A stretch of 64,000 bases of DNA from Octopus vulgaris (GCA_951406725.2 OX597839.1:37944001-38008000), one strand, 5' to 3'. Positions 27,145 through 42,332 are shown, counted from the stretch's first letter. Notes: a model not told the origin generated them from the sequence alone. Numbers and translations: made by a program.

Positions 27145-27935
27145 TGTTCAAATGACCTAAAGCTGAGTGCTCCCATTATGTTGGTTAGGAATCTTGACCT
27201 ACCTCACCTGTGTTATGGAACTCGCTTAATTGTTAATTCCATGAAGCTCCATGTCCTACAAGCAACAATCACAACAGGTAGTCGCAAAGAAGAAAATCTC
27301 TTTATTTTTTCAAATTTTCTTCTCGTACCTACAGATGTTCGATTTCAATTTAAGACGCTTCAGTTTCCAGTCAAACCATGTTTTGGTATAGGAGTGGAAG
27401 CACTCCGTCGGTTACGACGATGAGGGTTCCGGTTGATCCGAATCAACGGAACAGCCTGCTCGTGAAATTAACGTGTAAGTGGCTGAGCACTCCACAGACA
27501 CGTGCACCCTTAACGTAGTTCTCGGGGATATCCAGCGTAACACAGAGAGTGACAAGGCCGGCCCCTTGAAATACAGGTACAACAGAATTGGGAAGTAAGA
27601 GTGAGGGAAAGAGTACAGCAGGGATCACCACCATCCCTGCCGGAGCCTCGTGGGGCTTTAGGTGTTTTCACTCAATAAACACTCACAAGGCCCGGTCTGG
27701 GAATCGAAACCGCGATCCTATGACCGCGAGTCCGCTGCCCTAACCACTGGGCCATTGCGCCTCCACTATGTTTTGGTATATCAATTAACGAACTTCAGGG
27801 TCATTCCCTCCAGGTAGTTCGATTTCAACTCTCTACTACATGATTTTCCCACGGCCAACTCTGTGTTGTTTGATCACGAGTTGGACACCGAATTACACAA
27901 TGAATATTGTTTACCCTCAGGTGCTTCAAGATTGA
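27145..27935 (+). pseudogene. Helitron Pif1-family helicase C-terminal remnant, split by a SINE
   Basis: LKLSAPIMLVRNLD..LCYGTRL..FKTLQFPV..|..SINELQGHSL..FSHGQL..SRVG..NIVYPQVL* matches Helitron helicase motifs. Confidence 0.9.
27391..27767 (-). mobile_element. SINE family 3 with 13-bp TSD
   Basis: TSD ATGTTTTGGTATA at 27378-27390 and 27768-27780. Confidence 0.93.
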
Positions 27936-28039
27936 CATATTTTCAGTTCTAAATTCTATTATCATTACGATTTGGATATTTTGTTAATAAAATATAGATA
28001 TTTTGAAATAATTATGAGCAAAAAAAAACAATATATCTT

Positions 28040-28510
<471 letters not shown>

Positions 28511-28700
28511 TTAGAGAAAATATCTATTGTTTACTAATCTCAACAAGAACAGCAGAAACTCGGGCAATGCCGGGTCATTCAGCCTGTCTGAAGTATCATC
28601 ATTACTTCGTTGAATTACGTCGAGGTGCCTGCGTAGTTGGTTGCTCGACGTGTTTTGAATAACAAATACCAAATCGTACAACAACAACAACAACAACAAC

Positions 28701-29003
28701 AAGGCAAGCTGGCAGAATCGTTAGCACGCCGGGCGAAATGCTTACAGGTATTTCGTCTGTCTTTACGTTTTGAGTTCAAATTCCGCCGAGGTTGACTTTG
28801 CCTTTCATTCTTTCGGGGTCGATAAATTAAGTACCAGTTACGCACTGGGGTCGATGTAATCGACTTAATACCTATGTCTGTCCTTGTTTGTCCCCTCTGT
28901 GTTTAGCCCCTTGTGGGTAATAAATAAATAGGTATTTCGTCTGTCTTTACGTTCTGAGTTCAAATTCCACCGAGGTCGACTTTGACTTTCATCCTTTCGG
29001 GGG
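28701..29003 (+). mobile_element. SINE family 1 plus partial tandem second unit
   Basis: Full unit to ~28931, then restart at ggtatttcgtctg. Confidence 0.9.
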
Positions 29004-29103
29004 TTGAAATATATATATATTGCAGTCGAATGACTGGTATTGTATACATACTTACATACATATATTCATACATACACACACACATCCATACGTAAATACA
29101 TAC

Positions 29104-29310
29104 AGCGGTTTTTAAATCAAAGCTGGACATCTTCCTGTCGAGAGTCCCAGATGAACCTACCTCACGGCAAGCGGTGCAAATGAGAGTAGCTATATCAAAC
29201 TCCATTCTTCACCAAGTGCCACATATTAGACGAGGTTCTTCGCAATAACAGTGAAGCACAAAATGGCGGTGCATCAGCATGGCCGCTGCTCTGAGCTGAC
29301 TAGAAAAAAA
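29104..29310 (+). pseudogene. 3' end of a CR1-type LINE (ORF2 C-terminus plus 3' UTR)
   Basis: VFKSKLDIFLSRVPDEPT..R..SNSILHQ..* (stop 29246-29248), then ggcggtgcatcagcatggccgc and an A-rich tail. Confidence 0.7.
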
Positions 29311-29756
29311 ACTAGAAAAAAAACAAAAAAAAAACATATAGATCCATACATACATATATATACATGCATACATACATACATACACACATTCGTACATACA
29401 TACATATACGTACATAGATGCATACATCCAGCCGTACATACATACACGCATCCTTCTATACATACATACATACATACATACATACATACATACATACATA
29501 CATACATAATGAACTATATAAGTTAGACATGGGCCATGATGGCTGAAACATCTAAGTTATCTAATTTAAGCTATGTGTGTGTGTACATGTGTGTGTGTGT
29601 GTGTTATGTGTGTGTGTGTGTGTGTGTATGCGTGCGACCGCGTGTGTACAGTGTGTGTGAAAAGCCTCTATCTCTTTAATAAGCTAATAACTTAAACTAA
29701 TCAGAAATACTTGATGAAATACGAGTATGTATAGTGATAAATGTATATATATATAT

Positions 29757-29883
<127 letters not shown>

Positions 29884-29926
29884 TATGTACGGATGCATGT
29901 ATGGTTTTACGTATGCGAGTACGTTT

Positions 29927-29958
<32 letters not shown>

Positions 29959-30197
29959 TCGTACGTGCGTGTTTGTGTGTTTATACATAAGGATATATTT
30001 ACGACTCTACTTGAATCAGAAAACGTTGGGAATGGTCCAGATTCATAAATTCTAACGAGGTAACCCCGTCTTTGATAGTTCCTGGAATCTAATATAGTGA
30101 AGAGGTGGGACATAACAGTTGGCTACAGCTACTGTTACCTCTGATGTATTGACGGGTGGAAGTTATTATTATTGGTATGTTTGGCCAAATAGCAGTT

Positions 30198-30247
<50 letters not shown>

Positions 30248-30313
30248 ACGTTCTCTGATTACTTCGCAGCCCGAACAGAAAAAAATGTACGCATACATAC
30301 ATACATACATACA

Positions 30314-30344
<31 letters not shown>

Positions 30345-30422
30345 GTATATATATGTTTATATATATATGTATATATGTTTATATATATATATATATATAT
30401 ACATATGCATATATGTTTATAA

Positions 30423-30457
<35 letters not shown>

Positions 30458-30610
30458 TTGCATACATACATACATATATACACACACACACACACACAAA
30501 CACACATATATATATATATATATAAACACACACATATATGTATGAACATATATCAATATCTATCTATTTATCTATCTATATATATATTTATTAACACATA
30601 TACGTGCATT

Positions 30611-30651
<41 letters not shown>

Positions 30652-30921
30652 ATGTGTGTGTGTGTGTGTGTAGATGCGTATGTGAGGACGTATATACGTG
30701 TACGTGTGTAAACACAAACATCGATGCAATAATCTAAGAAGATTGGGGGGAAACAAACAAATAAATATGCATCCAAAAGCCACATCAACGGGACCCGAAA
30801 TGAAACATCGCAACGACACCCGACACCCGACCCAACACCACCAGAAATCTACTGTTACTAGCACCATGACCACTGTAACCACCAATACCAACATCAATAC
30901 CAGTTGATGTATATATATATA

Positions 30922-31700
30922 TTCTTTTATTCTCTTAGTTGTTTCACTCATTTGACTGCGGCCATGCTGGAGCACCGCCGGCTTTTGTCGAACTTATTCT
31001 AGCGGCCTCTTTTGCCGAACCGCTAAATTACGGGGACGTAAACACACCAGCATCAGTTGTCAAGCGATGTTGAGGGGGGCGACAAACAGACACATACACA
31101 CACACATATGTGTGTGTGTATATACTCTTTACTCTCTTTTACTTGTTTCAGTCATTTGACTGCGGCCATGCTGGAGCACCGCCTTTAATCGAGCAACTCG
31201 ACCCAGGGACTTATTATTTTGTAAGTCCAGTACTTATTCTATCGGTCTCTTTTGCCGAACCGCTAAGTAACGGGGACATAAACACACCAGCATCGGTTGT
31301 CAAGCAATGCTAGGGGGACAAACACAGACACACAAACACATACACATACATATATATATATATATACGACAGGCTTCTTTCAGTTTCTGTCTACCAAATC
31401 CACTAACAAGGATTTGGTCGGCCCGAGGCTATAGTAGAAGACACTTGCCCAAGGTGCCACGCAGTGGGACTGAACCCGGAACCATGTGGTCGGTAAACAA
31501 TCTACTTACCACACAACCACTCCTGCGCCTATATATATATATATATATATATATCCATATACACGACGGGCTTCTTTCAGTTTCCATCTACCAAATCCAC
31601 TCACAAGGCTTTGGTCGGCTCGAGGCTATAGTAGAAGACACTTGCTCGGAACCACGTGGTTGGTAAGCAAGTTACTTACCACACAGCCACTCCTGCGCCT
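30922..31700 (-). mobile_element. Cluster of three SINE family 2 units (tail 30922-31100, full 31124-31530, head 31563-31700)
   Basis: Each piece is the reverse complement of part of the 37233 copy. Confidence 0.88.
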
Positions 31701-31701
31701 A

Positions 31702-31742
<41 letters not shown>

Positions 31743-33370
31743 GACACATATATATGTCAAATGAATGTCTCGTAAAACTATTCCGCACATACAGTAACAG
31801 CCATACCAACAATCCAACACACCTCCATCATTCGCTGCCCCACAGATATCACTATTATTTATGTGTGTATATATGTATTTATATGTGTTTGTGTGTGTGC
31901 CTGTGTATGTGTGTGCATGTGTATGTGTGTGTGTGTATGTGAATGTGTGCTTTACTATGTGTGTGTTCCCATCTGAATTAATTGAGAGATGCTTTGTATA
32001 TATGTGTGTGTGTGTGTGTATGTGTGAGCGAGAGAGAGGCTCTGCGCATGTGTGTGTGTGAGTGTGAGTATGCGAGTAAGACTCAAGGCGTGTGAACATG
32101 TGTACATGTGTGTGTGTGTGTATGTGTGTGTTGTGTAAGTTCCAGTGTGTGGTTGTGAGTGTGTGTTCCCATGTGAATTGATTGAGGTACCGTTTCTTCA
32201 AAATTTATGGTTGGTGTGAAAGTATCGGGAGATAGATGGAGAGAGAGAGAGAGAGAGAAAGAGAGAGTAAGAGAAAGAGAAAGAGAGAGTCAGAGAGAGA
32301 GAGAGACAGATAGATTGTTAGATAGAGATAGAGAGATAGAGAGATGGATAGATATATTGATATAAAGGGAGATAGCCAGATATGTCGATAGATAGCTAGA
32401 GAGAGGGAGAGAGAGAGAGAAAGAGAGAAGGAGAAACGGAGAGGTTTGTGTTAGAGAGGCAGAGAGATTGGGTGGGGTCGGATGGGGGATGATGAGGTTC
32501 GCTGTGTTTCGGGACTGGGAATAATGAGGGGAGATAGTGAGAAAAATTAGGGAGTCTTGAAAATGTATGTCTTCCATTAGGGAAACAGAAAATAGTTCCT
32601 CACATGGAAAACGTAACCAAGTGTGTGTGTATTTGTGTGTGGTGTGGTGTGGTGTGGTGTGTGTGAGCGCGTGTGCGTACGTGCGTGTACGTGTGTGTGC
32701 GTGCGTGTATGTGTGTGCGTGCGTGTATGTGTGTGTGTGTGTGTATGTGTGTGTGTGTGTATGTGTGCGCGTGTATGTGTATGTGTGTGCGTGTATGTGT
32801 GTGTGTGTGTGTGTGCGTGTATGTGAGTGTGTGTGTGTGGTGTGGTGTGGTGTGGTGTGCGTACGTGCGTGCGTGTATGTGTGTGTGCGTGTATGTGTGT
32901 GTGTGTGTGTGTGTGTGCGCGTGTATGTGTGTGTGTGTGGCGTGGTGTGGTGTGCGTACGTGCGTGTATGTGTGTGTGCGTGTATGTGTGTGTGTGTGTG
33001 TGCGCGCGCGTGTATGTGTATGTGTGTGTGTGTGTGTGTATGTGTGTGTGTGTGTGTGTGCGTGTGGTACGAACACCTAAACCTTTCTACTTGGTCGCCC
33101 GATTCGCTATAAATAGCTGCTGCCGCATCTTGTTCAGATTGTAAAGAATTATTGTAATCCAACGGAGGAAACCTCTACATGGTAGACAGACCTACCAGAA
33201 ATAGCAGCCAAATCTCCCTCAATTCACACCCTGCTCAATAATGTGTACATGTATGCATGCACACATAAACACACACACATTGTGTGTGTGTGTGTATATA
33301 TATATATAATACATACATGCAAATATATGTATATGTATACGCATATATATTTATATCTGTCTATCTGTAT

Positions 33371-33546
<176 letters not shown>

Positions 33547-33825
33547 GTGTGTGTGTACGTATGTATGTAGGTAGGTATATGTGTAACAGATTGAAGCTTC
33601 CTGAATTGTAAACTACAGTTTATCGCAGCCGGCCATTGAAAACAGATAGAAGGCAGAAGGATGCGTGGCGATATATAAACGAAAGTATTTGTAAATTCAT
33701 CAAAATATATAACAACAAAGATTGGTTGGCAAAATGTCCTTCATCTATTCAATTGTCATTCGTAAAATATGTAACCTACTCGTCTATTCACATGCAAAAA
33801 CATGCATTATTCTTGCTTTCTTTCG

Positions 33826-34035
33826 AAGCTGGCAGAATAGTCACGCACCAGCAAAATGCTTATCGGCATTTCGCCCGTTTTGACGTTCTGAGTTGAAATA
33901 CAGCTGAGGTCGACTTTGCCCTTCAATTTTTCGAGATCGATGAAATAAGTACTAGTCGAACACTGAGGTCGATGTAGTCGATATGCCCCCGTCTCCCAAA
34001 ATTTCAGCCCATGTGCCTATATTAGAAAGGATTTC
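33826..34035 (+). mobile_element. SINE family 1, diverged
   Basis: agctggcagaatagt..gaggtcgactttgcc..aagtactag..gaggtcgatg. Confidence 0.75.
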
Positions 34036-35479
34036 CATGTCTTTAATATCATATGTGTAAAACACACGCAAACAAGGAAATGGTAGCGAGTGTTAATGAA
34101 ATATTAATGTTGATGAATAAAATAATTTTTATTTACTTATTCGTTAATCGTTAATTCACCAACTGCAAAATAAATTATTCTAGACTATTTGGTTAGTGGA
34201 CATTTCTCAATAAGTAGCGATGTAAGTCCTTATACGAATTCGCAGATGTAACAGATACTTTGTTCAAAATAATAAATAGTAAAAGGCTGTAATAAGACGT
34301 TATAAAGGTCACATCCACTCGAGCCATTTATATTTTAAATGACACGTGTTCTATATCAGACAAATCGATTTTATAATCGTTAATACAATCTTTCTTTGAA
34401 TTTCAAGTATACTTAGACGGTGATATGATGAGATGTAGTTCTAAGTGCCGTAGTATATTCACATTGAGTTCATATTTTCAAACAGATATTTCACTACCTT
34501 ATATTGTTTTTGATCCACTGCTATTTATGTGGGAGACATTAAATACGATGAAGTAACTCTTTAGAAAGACGTATACAGAGCAAATATTAGCGTTGTTTGG
34601 AATTACGTAAAAGGGCAGAGTTTTGCTTGTTCATAATGGGAAATTTTTCTTCACCTTATGCTAGCTATGGAGTAACGAAATTATTGATGCAAATTTAGCT
34701 CATCTTAACGTTATATCTTTTAAAGATCATATACTATGGTCTACTAGTATTTCTTTGTTTATAAGTTATAGAAAATTCCTGATGACTGGAATGAACATTT
34801 AAACTTTATAGTGGATTATACCATGTAATATTTCGTTCCCATTCTGTTTTTGCATTTTTAAATATAAACGTTGTCTATCGAATTAAAATAAAAATTACAT
34901 TAAAATTAATGAATATTAATGTAAAGTATTCCATCTTTAATGCAACTTGTTTTTTTAATATGACAATAAGCATCATGAATAAAAGATTCCGCGTCAGAAG
35001 ATAAGCTGGATATGCGCTTTCTAATATTATTAACATAGTATTTAAAGATTATTGCGATTGCTGAGATTTATATTACATTGTAATATCATATTATATTTAT
35101 TATAAGGTCAGTATTTACCAGTATCTAAATTTAGAGTTATATCTAAGAAAGAAGCTATGCTTAGATTCATATCTATGATAATCTTTAAATCTAACTCTTC
35201 GAATATGCTGTTGGAATTCTTTGTACAAACATCCTTCGCGTGGTCATTAATATTTCGCAAAACGTATACGTTTCTCATTGTGGTAGAGACCGAAACTCTG
35301 CTAAGCGGAACCTCCTCTGATGTAAATTTTTAAAGGGCCAATACAATCACTTCACCAACTTCACTGAAATTACGCTCCAAACTCGCCCCCCCCCACCGCC
35401 GCATAGTTACATCAAACAGTTCCTTAGTTATTAACATTACCTAGAATATAGCACAATGGAAATCCCCCAGCCTTCTTAA

Positions 35480-35690
35480 CCCTTTAACGTTTAAACCGAC
35501 CCAAATATTGTATATGTTTTACGCTCAAACTGACAAGATTTGGCCTCGCACATCCGCCATAAGATATCATTCTAAAAATATAATATGGCGTCATTGAAGC
35601 ATAGAAACAGCAAGATAATGCATGATTAATTCAAACCACAATTGAATAAATAAGCGTTATGTTTGATAGAATAATCTGAATACTAAAGGG
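35480..35690. mobile_element. piggyBac-type MITE
   Basis: TTAA|CCCTTTA ... TAAAGGG|TTAA (TTAA at 35476-35479 and 35691-35694), with a decayed longer TIR. Confidence 0.75.
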
Positions 35691-35698
35691 TTAATAAT

Positions 35699-36109
35699 GG
35701 CGAGCTGGCAGAAACGTTAGCACGCCGGGCGAAATGCTTAGCGGTATTTCCTCTGCGTTACGTTGTGAGTTCAAATTCTGCCGAGGTCGACTTTGCCTTT
35801 CATCCTTTCGGGGTCGATAAATTAAGTACCAGTTACGCACTGGGGTCGATGTAATCGACTTAATACCTATGTCTGTCCTTGTTTGTCCCCTCTATGTTTA
35901 GCCCCTTGTGGGTAATAAAGAAATAGGTATTTCGTCTGCCGTTACGTTGTGAGTTCAAATTCCGCCGAGGTCGACTTTGCCTTTCATCCTTTCGGGGTCG
36001 ATAAATTAAGTACCAGTTACGCACTGGTGTCGATGTAATCGACTTAATACCTACATCTGTCCTTGTTTGTCCCCTCTATGTTTAGCCCCTAGTGGGTAAT
36101 AAAGAAATA
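35699..36109 (+). mobile_element. SINE family 1 tandem dimer with 11-bp TSD
   Basis: GGTTAATAATG at 35689-35699 and 36110-36120; second unit restarts at ~35927. Confidence 0.92.
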
Positions 36110-36120
36110 GGTTAATAATG

Positions 36121-36335
36121 CTTTCCACAATGCGCACAGGGCATGGAATTTGGGGGCAGGGCGTTAGTCGATTACACCGATCCTATTGCACATCTAATGC
36201 TTATTTTATCGACGCCGAAAGGATGAAAGGCAAAGTCGACCTTCGCAGAATTTGAACCCAGAGCGTGAAGAACCGAAAGAAATGCTGCCAAGCATTTTCT
36301 CCCACGCGTTAACGACTTCACCAGATTTCCGTCTT
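36121..36335 (-). mobile_element. SINE family 1, older diverged copy
   Basis: ttttatcgac.ccgaaaggatgaaaggcaaagtcgacc is the reverse complement of the core. Confidence 0.75.
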
Positions 36336-36720
36336 CGCCATGCAGATCGTTATTGATCACCCACTGGAATAAAACTTCGGTCCAATTCTATAGATAGAAC
36401 ACTACTACATCAAGAATTCATAGAAGCTCTTATTATCTCTGTGACTGAAGCACTTCATAACTGATAAACTATTATGCCATAATGGAAGAGATGCCGCAAG
36501 TTTAATTTTAAAAAATTATCAATCAAAAATTTTTCTGCTTACCTGCTATCATTGATTTCGTTAAGTTCACAGAGACGATGTAGTAGAAACTCTATTGTTA
36601 TGGGGACCATACATCACTCTTGAAGATCATAAAAATAAGCATTTTGCAAACCTTAAGTATAGGCATACATGCATTATATGTGTGAGTGCGTATATGTGTG
36701 TGTGAGAGTGTGTGTGTCTA

Positions 36721-36815
<95 letters not shown>

Positions 36816-37232
36816 TTATGTATGTATATATCCATAATAGCTATTAATGGCTTTTTGCTATAAAAGTATTTCACCAGATCAAATGTTCATTTATTCAGCC
36901 ATATATTAAATACACACACACACTCACACACACATACACACACGCTCACACATGCACACACATACACCCCACAACACTCACTCATACACGCATCTATATT
37001 ATTTTCCCATTTCCTCCTTATGTAATCAATCGATTGGTCGATGCTCAGTCATTGAGTACCGCCTCTCGGACTTTCAGGCTGACGATCGCCATTAAGTAAC
37101 TCTGAGTATCGGATTACATTGGCGCATCTTTGTGTAAATATTATTGCTACTTACTCCACCGTGCTGGATGTTTATTTCGCTTTTATAACAGTCACACCTG
37201 TGCTATAGCATTATCCATATACACGCATATAT

Positions 37233-37653
37233 AGGCGCAGGAGTGGCTGTGTGGTAAGTAGCTTGCTAACCAACCACGTGGTTCCGGGTTCAGTCGCACT
37301 GCGTGGCACCTTGGGCAAGTGTCTTCTGCTATAGCCCCGGGCCGACCAATGCCTTGTGAGTGGATTTGGTAGACGGAAACTGAAAGAAGCCCGTCGTATA
37401 TATGTATATATATACATATATATGTGTATGTGTGTGTATATGTTTGTGTGTCTGTGTTTGTCCCCCTAGCATTGCTTGACAACCGATGCTGGTGTGTTTA
37501 CGTCCCCGTTACTTAGCGGTTCGGCAAAAGAGACCGATAGAATGAGTACTGGGCTTACAAAGAATAAGTCTCGGGGTCGATTTGCTCGACTAAATGCGGT
37601 GCTCCAGCATGGCCACAGTCAAAATGACTGAAACAAGTAAAAGAGTAAAAGAG
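37233..37653 (+). mobile_element. SINE family 2, full length
   Basis: aggcgcaggagtggctgtgtggtaag..gtggcaccttgggcaagt..(microsatellite)..gcggtgctccagcatggcc..gtaaaagagtaaaagag. Confidence 0.93.
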
Positions 37654-37754
37654 TATATATACACATATTCACAGAGATATTGACGCACGTATGAATGAAT
37701 CTGCGTATATACTCACACACACACATGCATATATATATATATATATATGTGTGT

Positions 37755-37801
<47 letters not shown>

Positions 37802-37818
37802 TATATGGATGTATATGT

Positions 37819-38075
37819 GGAGGCGCGTGGCTTAGTGGTTAGGTTGTCAGCATCATGATCTTAAAATTGTGGTTTCGATTCCTGGACAGGGCGACACGTT
37901 GTGTTCTTGAGCAAAAAAACTTCATTTCACGTTGCTCCAGTCCACTCAGCTGGCAAAAATGAGTAACGCTGCGTTGGACTGGCGTCCCGTCCAGCTGGGG
38001 AACACATTGAAACCGGGAAACCGGGCCCATGAGCCTAGTTAGGCTTTACAAGGGCGCATTTATTATTTATTTTAT
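37819..38075 (+). mobile_element. SINE family 4 with 15-bp TSD
   Basis: TSD TATGGATGTATATGT at 37804-37818 and 38076-38090; tRNA A and B boxes; gtgttcttgagcaa core. Confidence 0.88.
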
Positions 38076-38104
38076 TATGGATGTATATGTATATATATAT
38101 ATAT

Positions 38105-38290
38105 ATTTCTTTATTGCCCACAAGGGGCTAAACATAGAGGGGACAAACAAAGACAGACAAAGGGATTAAGTCAATTACATTGACCCCAGTGCGTAACTGG
38201 TACTTTATTTATCGACCCCAAAAGGATGAAAGGCTAAGTCAACCTCGGCGAAATTTGAACTCAGAACGTGAAGACAGACGAAATACGGCT
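38105..38290 (-). mobile_element. SINE family 1, 5'-truncated
   Basis: Reverse complement of the core and tail of the 11691 copy. Confidence 0.85.
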
Positions 38291-38937
38291 ACATATACAC
38301 ACACCACACATACACGCTCATGTACACACACACCCACCCACAAACTCTCTCTCTCTCTCTCACACACACACAACATAGTGCATATACCTCACAGACTCTC
38401 TCTACGCTAATGACATGATCCAGAGACAAACCAGGGCGAGATATTCAGTTCCAATATGAGTGGAAGGCTGACCGGAAGTAGAAACCCCAAATCCTCTATA
38501 TGTTCAACGTCATTCCATTCATATCCGGTTTCATACCGGAGTGATCTTCTCTCTTCTCCTAGAGACTCGCCTTAACAAAACTAAGGGATGCCTTACTCCC
38601 AGTGGTCTTCCAGCAAACGGAAGCACCAATCAGGAATTTCTCAAGCCTGTCCAAATGCGAGACAGTCGTTGAACCGACACTAGTTTTATATGTCCTTTTG
38701 ACTGCTTTTGCTGTTAGTCCTACTGGGTTTCTAGCAACCCTCCTAACTAAGCAGGACTTGTGGAGGGGCCAGCTTAGAAGCCGATTACCGACCATGGAAT
38801 GGTTGGGGTCTTCAGCGACTACATATATATATATATATTTCTGTGTATAATATATGTACAGCTTTATACGTACATGTATGTCTGCATGCTTGCAAATATA
38901 AATTGATCTATCTATCAATCTATCTATCAATCTATCC

Positions 38938-39165
<228 letters not shown>

Positions 39166-39191
39166 CTATCAATCTATCTATCAATCTATCC

Positions 39192-39283
<92 letters not shown>

Positions 39284-39404
39284 GTCTGTCTATCTGTCTG
39301 CTTACTTATCTATTTACCCTTGTATATTTATACATACATGCAAATGTATATATAACGACACATATATAAGTATAGAAATATACATGTGTACATTCATTCA
39401 TACA

Positions 39405-39440
<36 letters not shown>

Positions 39441-39839
39441 TATATGTGTGTGTGCGTGTGTGTGTGTATGTACGGAGAGAGAGAGAGAAAAAGAAATGGA
39501 GATGAAGATAGAGAGAGAGAGAGATGTGGGAATGTCTAAGACGAACTTAAGATTTATGATGTTCCCTTCTAATAAAGATATATGGATAGGTGTGTATATG
39601 TTTGCGTCTGTAAACACGTTTATGGAGTTACGGAGATACGGCAGTGTGTGCGTGTGCGCGCGTGGGTCGTAATCTACAGACGTATCTGCGTACTCAAACT
39701 AGCTAACATACAGGCTAATAATAATAATAATAATAATAATATATATATGTATATATATATATATATATGCATATATATATATATATATACATATATATAT
39801 GTGTGTGTGTATATATATATCTTAATATCTCTCTCTGTA

Positions 39840-39918
<79 letters not shown>

Positions 39919-40023
39919 ATATATATCTTAATATCTCTCTCTCTATATATGTATATATATAGGCATATATATATATATGTGTGTGTGTGTGTATATATAT
40001 ATATCTTAATATCTCTCTCTATA

Positions 40024-40096
<73 letters not shown>

Positions 40097-40508
40097 ATAT
40101 ATGTGTATCTTACATATGTATGTATATATGTATATACGCACAGAAACAGGCGTACGTTTGCAAGTTTGTGTAGGTCCATGAATCACAATTCCCCAAATCC
40201 CTCAGCAGCAGATCGACCCCCAATATTCACTTCCACATGCCTCTACCCCCTGCCCCTTGCCCCTTCCCACCCCCGGTTCTGCCACCCTTGCACTTCTCAC
40301 CCCCCCATCTCACCGCCCCCCCATACACACATGAACATGCGCCATCCCCCTTCCCATCAAACACCCTGCTACAGCCCCACCTCCCTCTCCTCAGCATCTT
40401 GTCGTTTCACGCGTATTCCTACACAAATAGTTATATCTCTATACAATATATACACATATATACTTATATATATATACATGTATGTATATATATTTATACA
40501 TATGTATA

Positions 40509-40561
<53 letters not shown>

Positions 40562-40781
40562 ATATATATGTATATGTATACGTATATGTATATGTATACA
40601 TATATATATGTAAATATATATATGTTAATATATATATATACATATATATATAAATATATATATATATATTATATATGTTAAATATATATATGTATATATA
40701 TATGTAAATATATATATACATATATATATATGTATATATGTATGTATATATATATGTATATATATATGTATATATATATAA

Positions 40782-40903
<122 letters not shown>

Positions 40904-41364
40904 TTAATCAACATATGGGGGCTTACGCATATACTCCGAGTCTACCTGGCATCCAGCCATATCTATCTTGTCTTATTAGGCTGGCTGGCTGGCTGGCTGG
41001 TTGTCTGGTTGGCGTGCTGGTTGGCTGTTCGGCTGGTTGGCTGGACGGTCGGCTGGCTGGCTGGTCGGTTTGTCGGTTGGTTTCGTTTTTGGCAACGGTC
41101 TTGTGCTACGAGAGCATATCATATACTATAATGATAGCAGTGTGAAGACGAGCGGAACTGGCTGAGTAAACTTTATACGTTTGGCCTTAAAAATTATAAT
41201 GAGATAAAACCAAATGAAAATGAAATGAAACAAGTAAACAAATAAGGAAAATTTAGTGTGTAAATCTACACAAACTATACTCTGATAACTGCAGAAAGTA
41301 AAATTTTTCTTGTATCCCTGCATTTACTGTTTGTTATCACTATGACTTGTTTGGTTACTACGGC

Positions 41365-41411
<47 letters not shown>

Positions 41412-41417
<6 letters not shown>

Positions 41418-41681
41418 ATTCTGTATTTTTATTCGTGTACATCGTTCGTTTTCCGTCCTTGTGTTGTATACATTCGAAGCTTTCTAAGGGATCTAATGCG
41501 CTTGGCTTAGATTTCCTTGGGGCTGCCCAGATCGGAGCAATCTCAAGATTAATCAGCCGAAATTGCGAAGATGATCTGGTTCTTGACTGATGACTGAGGG
41601 CTTCGAATGTCCCGTCCTGTGGTTCTTGTGTCGTCTCCTTGGTGTTTCATGTTCTTGTCCATGTTTGTATTTATTTTTTAC

Positions 41682-41688
<7 letters not shown>
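41412..41688. mobile_element. (TA)n-flanked repeat family C; second partial copy at 47291-47420
   Basis: Shared aatcagccgaaattgcga.gatgatc.ggttcttgactga.gactga.ggcttcgaatgtcccg. Confidence 0.7.
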
Positions 41689-41730
<42 letters not shown>

Positions 41731-42331
41731 CTCAACTTGTGTGTCTGTGTGTGTATCTGTGTGTGTGTCTGTGTGTTTAACTTCCCGGCACATCTCCTCC
41801 TAGCCAACAAATCGTAGAACCACCCAAAATGGGTCACTTAAAGTTTAGGCGAATGAAAATTGAACTGCGCTATTTCTGTTCCGAAATTCATCTCGCAAGT
41901 GGATAAATCGATAATGTGTTTGTTTAGGCCTTATCCCATGCATTGAATTGTGAACTTTACTCAGTCAGCTGTTTGACGTGAACTGTGTTCACCACGCGTG
42001 CAAGCATGCGTAAATTGCATGAAAAATAAAAAATCAAGATATAAAAACGAATCGCCGTAAACATTGTAGAAATTCGGCAAAGAAATGAATTTTGGGGATG
42101 TAGCCTGGAGGGTTTTTTCGTATTAAACGTTTGGACTTTGTGAACACATACCAATTGTTTTCATAACATTTTTAACGCTTTGAATTAAATGTGACCATTT
42201 TGCGTTGAGTCTGTAGTTTGAATCACTTTAACCAAATTTTAGCTGGCCGGATTTTTGATCATCACGATACATCGCCAGCGACTCCCTGAAACTCTCCCCT
42301 GAAATCCCCGTTGAGCCGGGCAATACTGCTA

Positions 42332-42332
<1 letters not shown>
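41731..42332 (+). mobile_element. Non-autonomous Helitron
   Basis: 3' cccg-ttgagc-cggg hairpin followed by atactgCTAG|T; 5' caa.ttgtgtgtctgt as in the 13322 element. Confidence 0.75.

Noticed and set aside
34060-35340. 1.3-kb microsatellite-free AT-rich stretch as a possible exon or element
   Set aside because: No ORF of 60 aa or more, no termini and no recognisable motif; nothing supportable.
41586-41613. CTGA(T/A)GA..GCTTCGAATGTC in family C (also 47326)
   Set aside because: It has GAAT instead of GAAA, no viable stem II loop and no stem I. It is better explained as the acattcgaagc/gcttcgaatgt inverted repeat.
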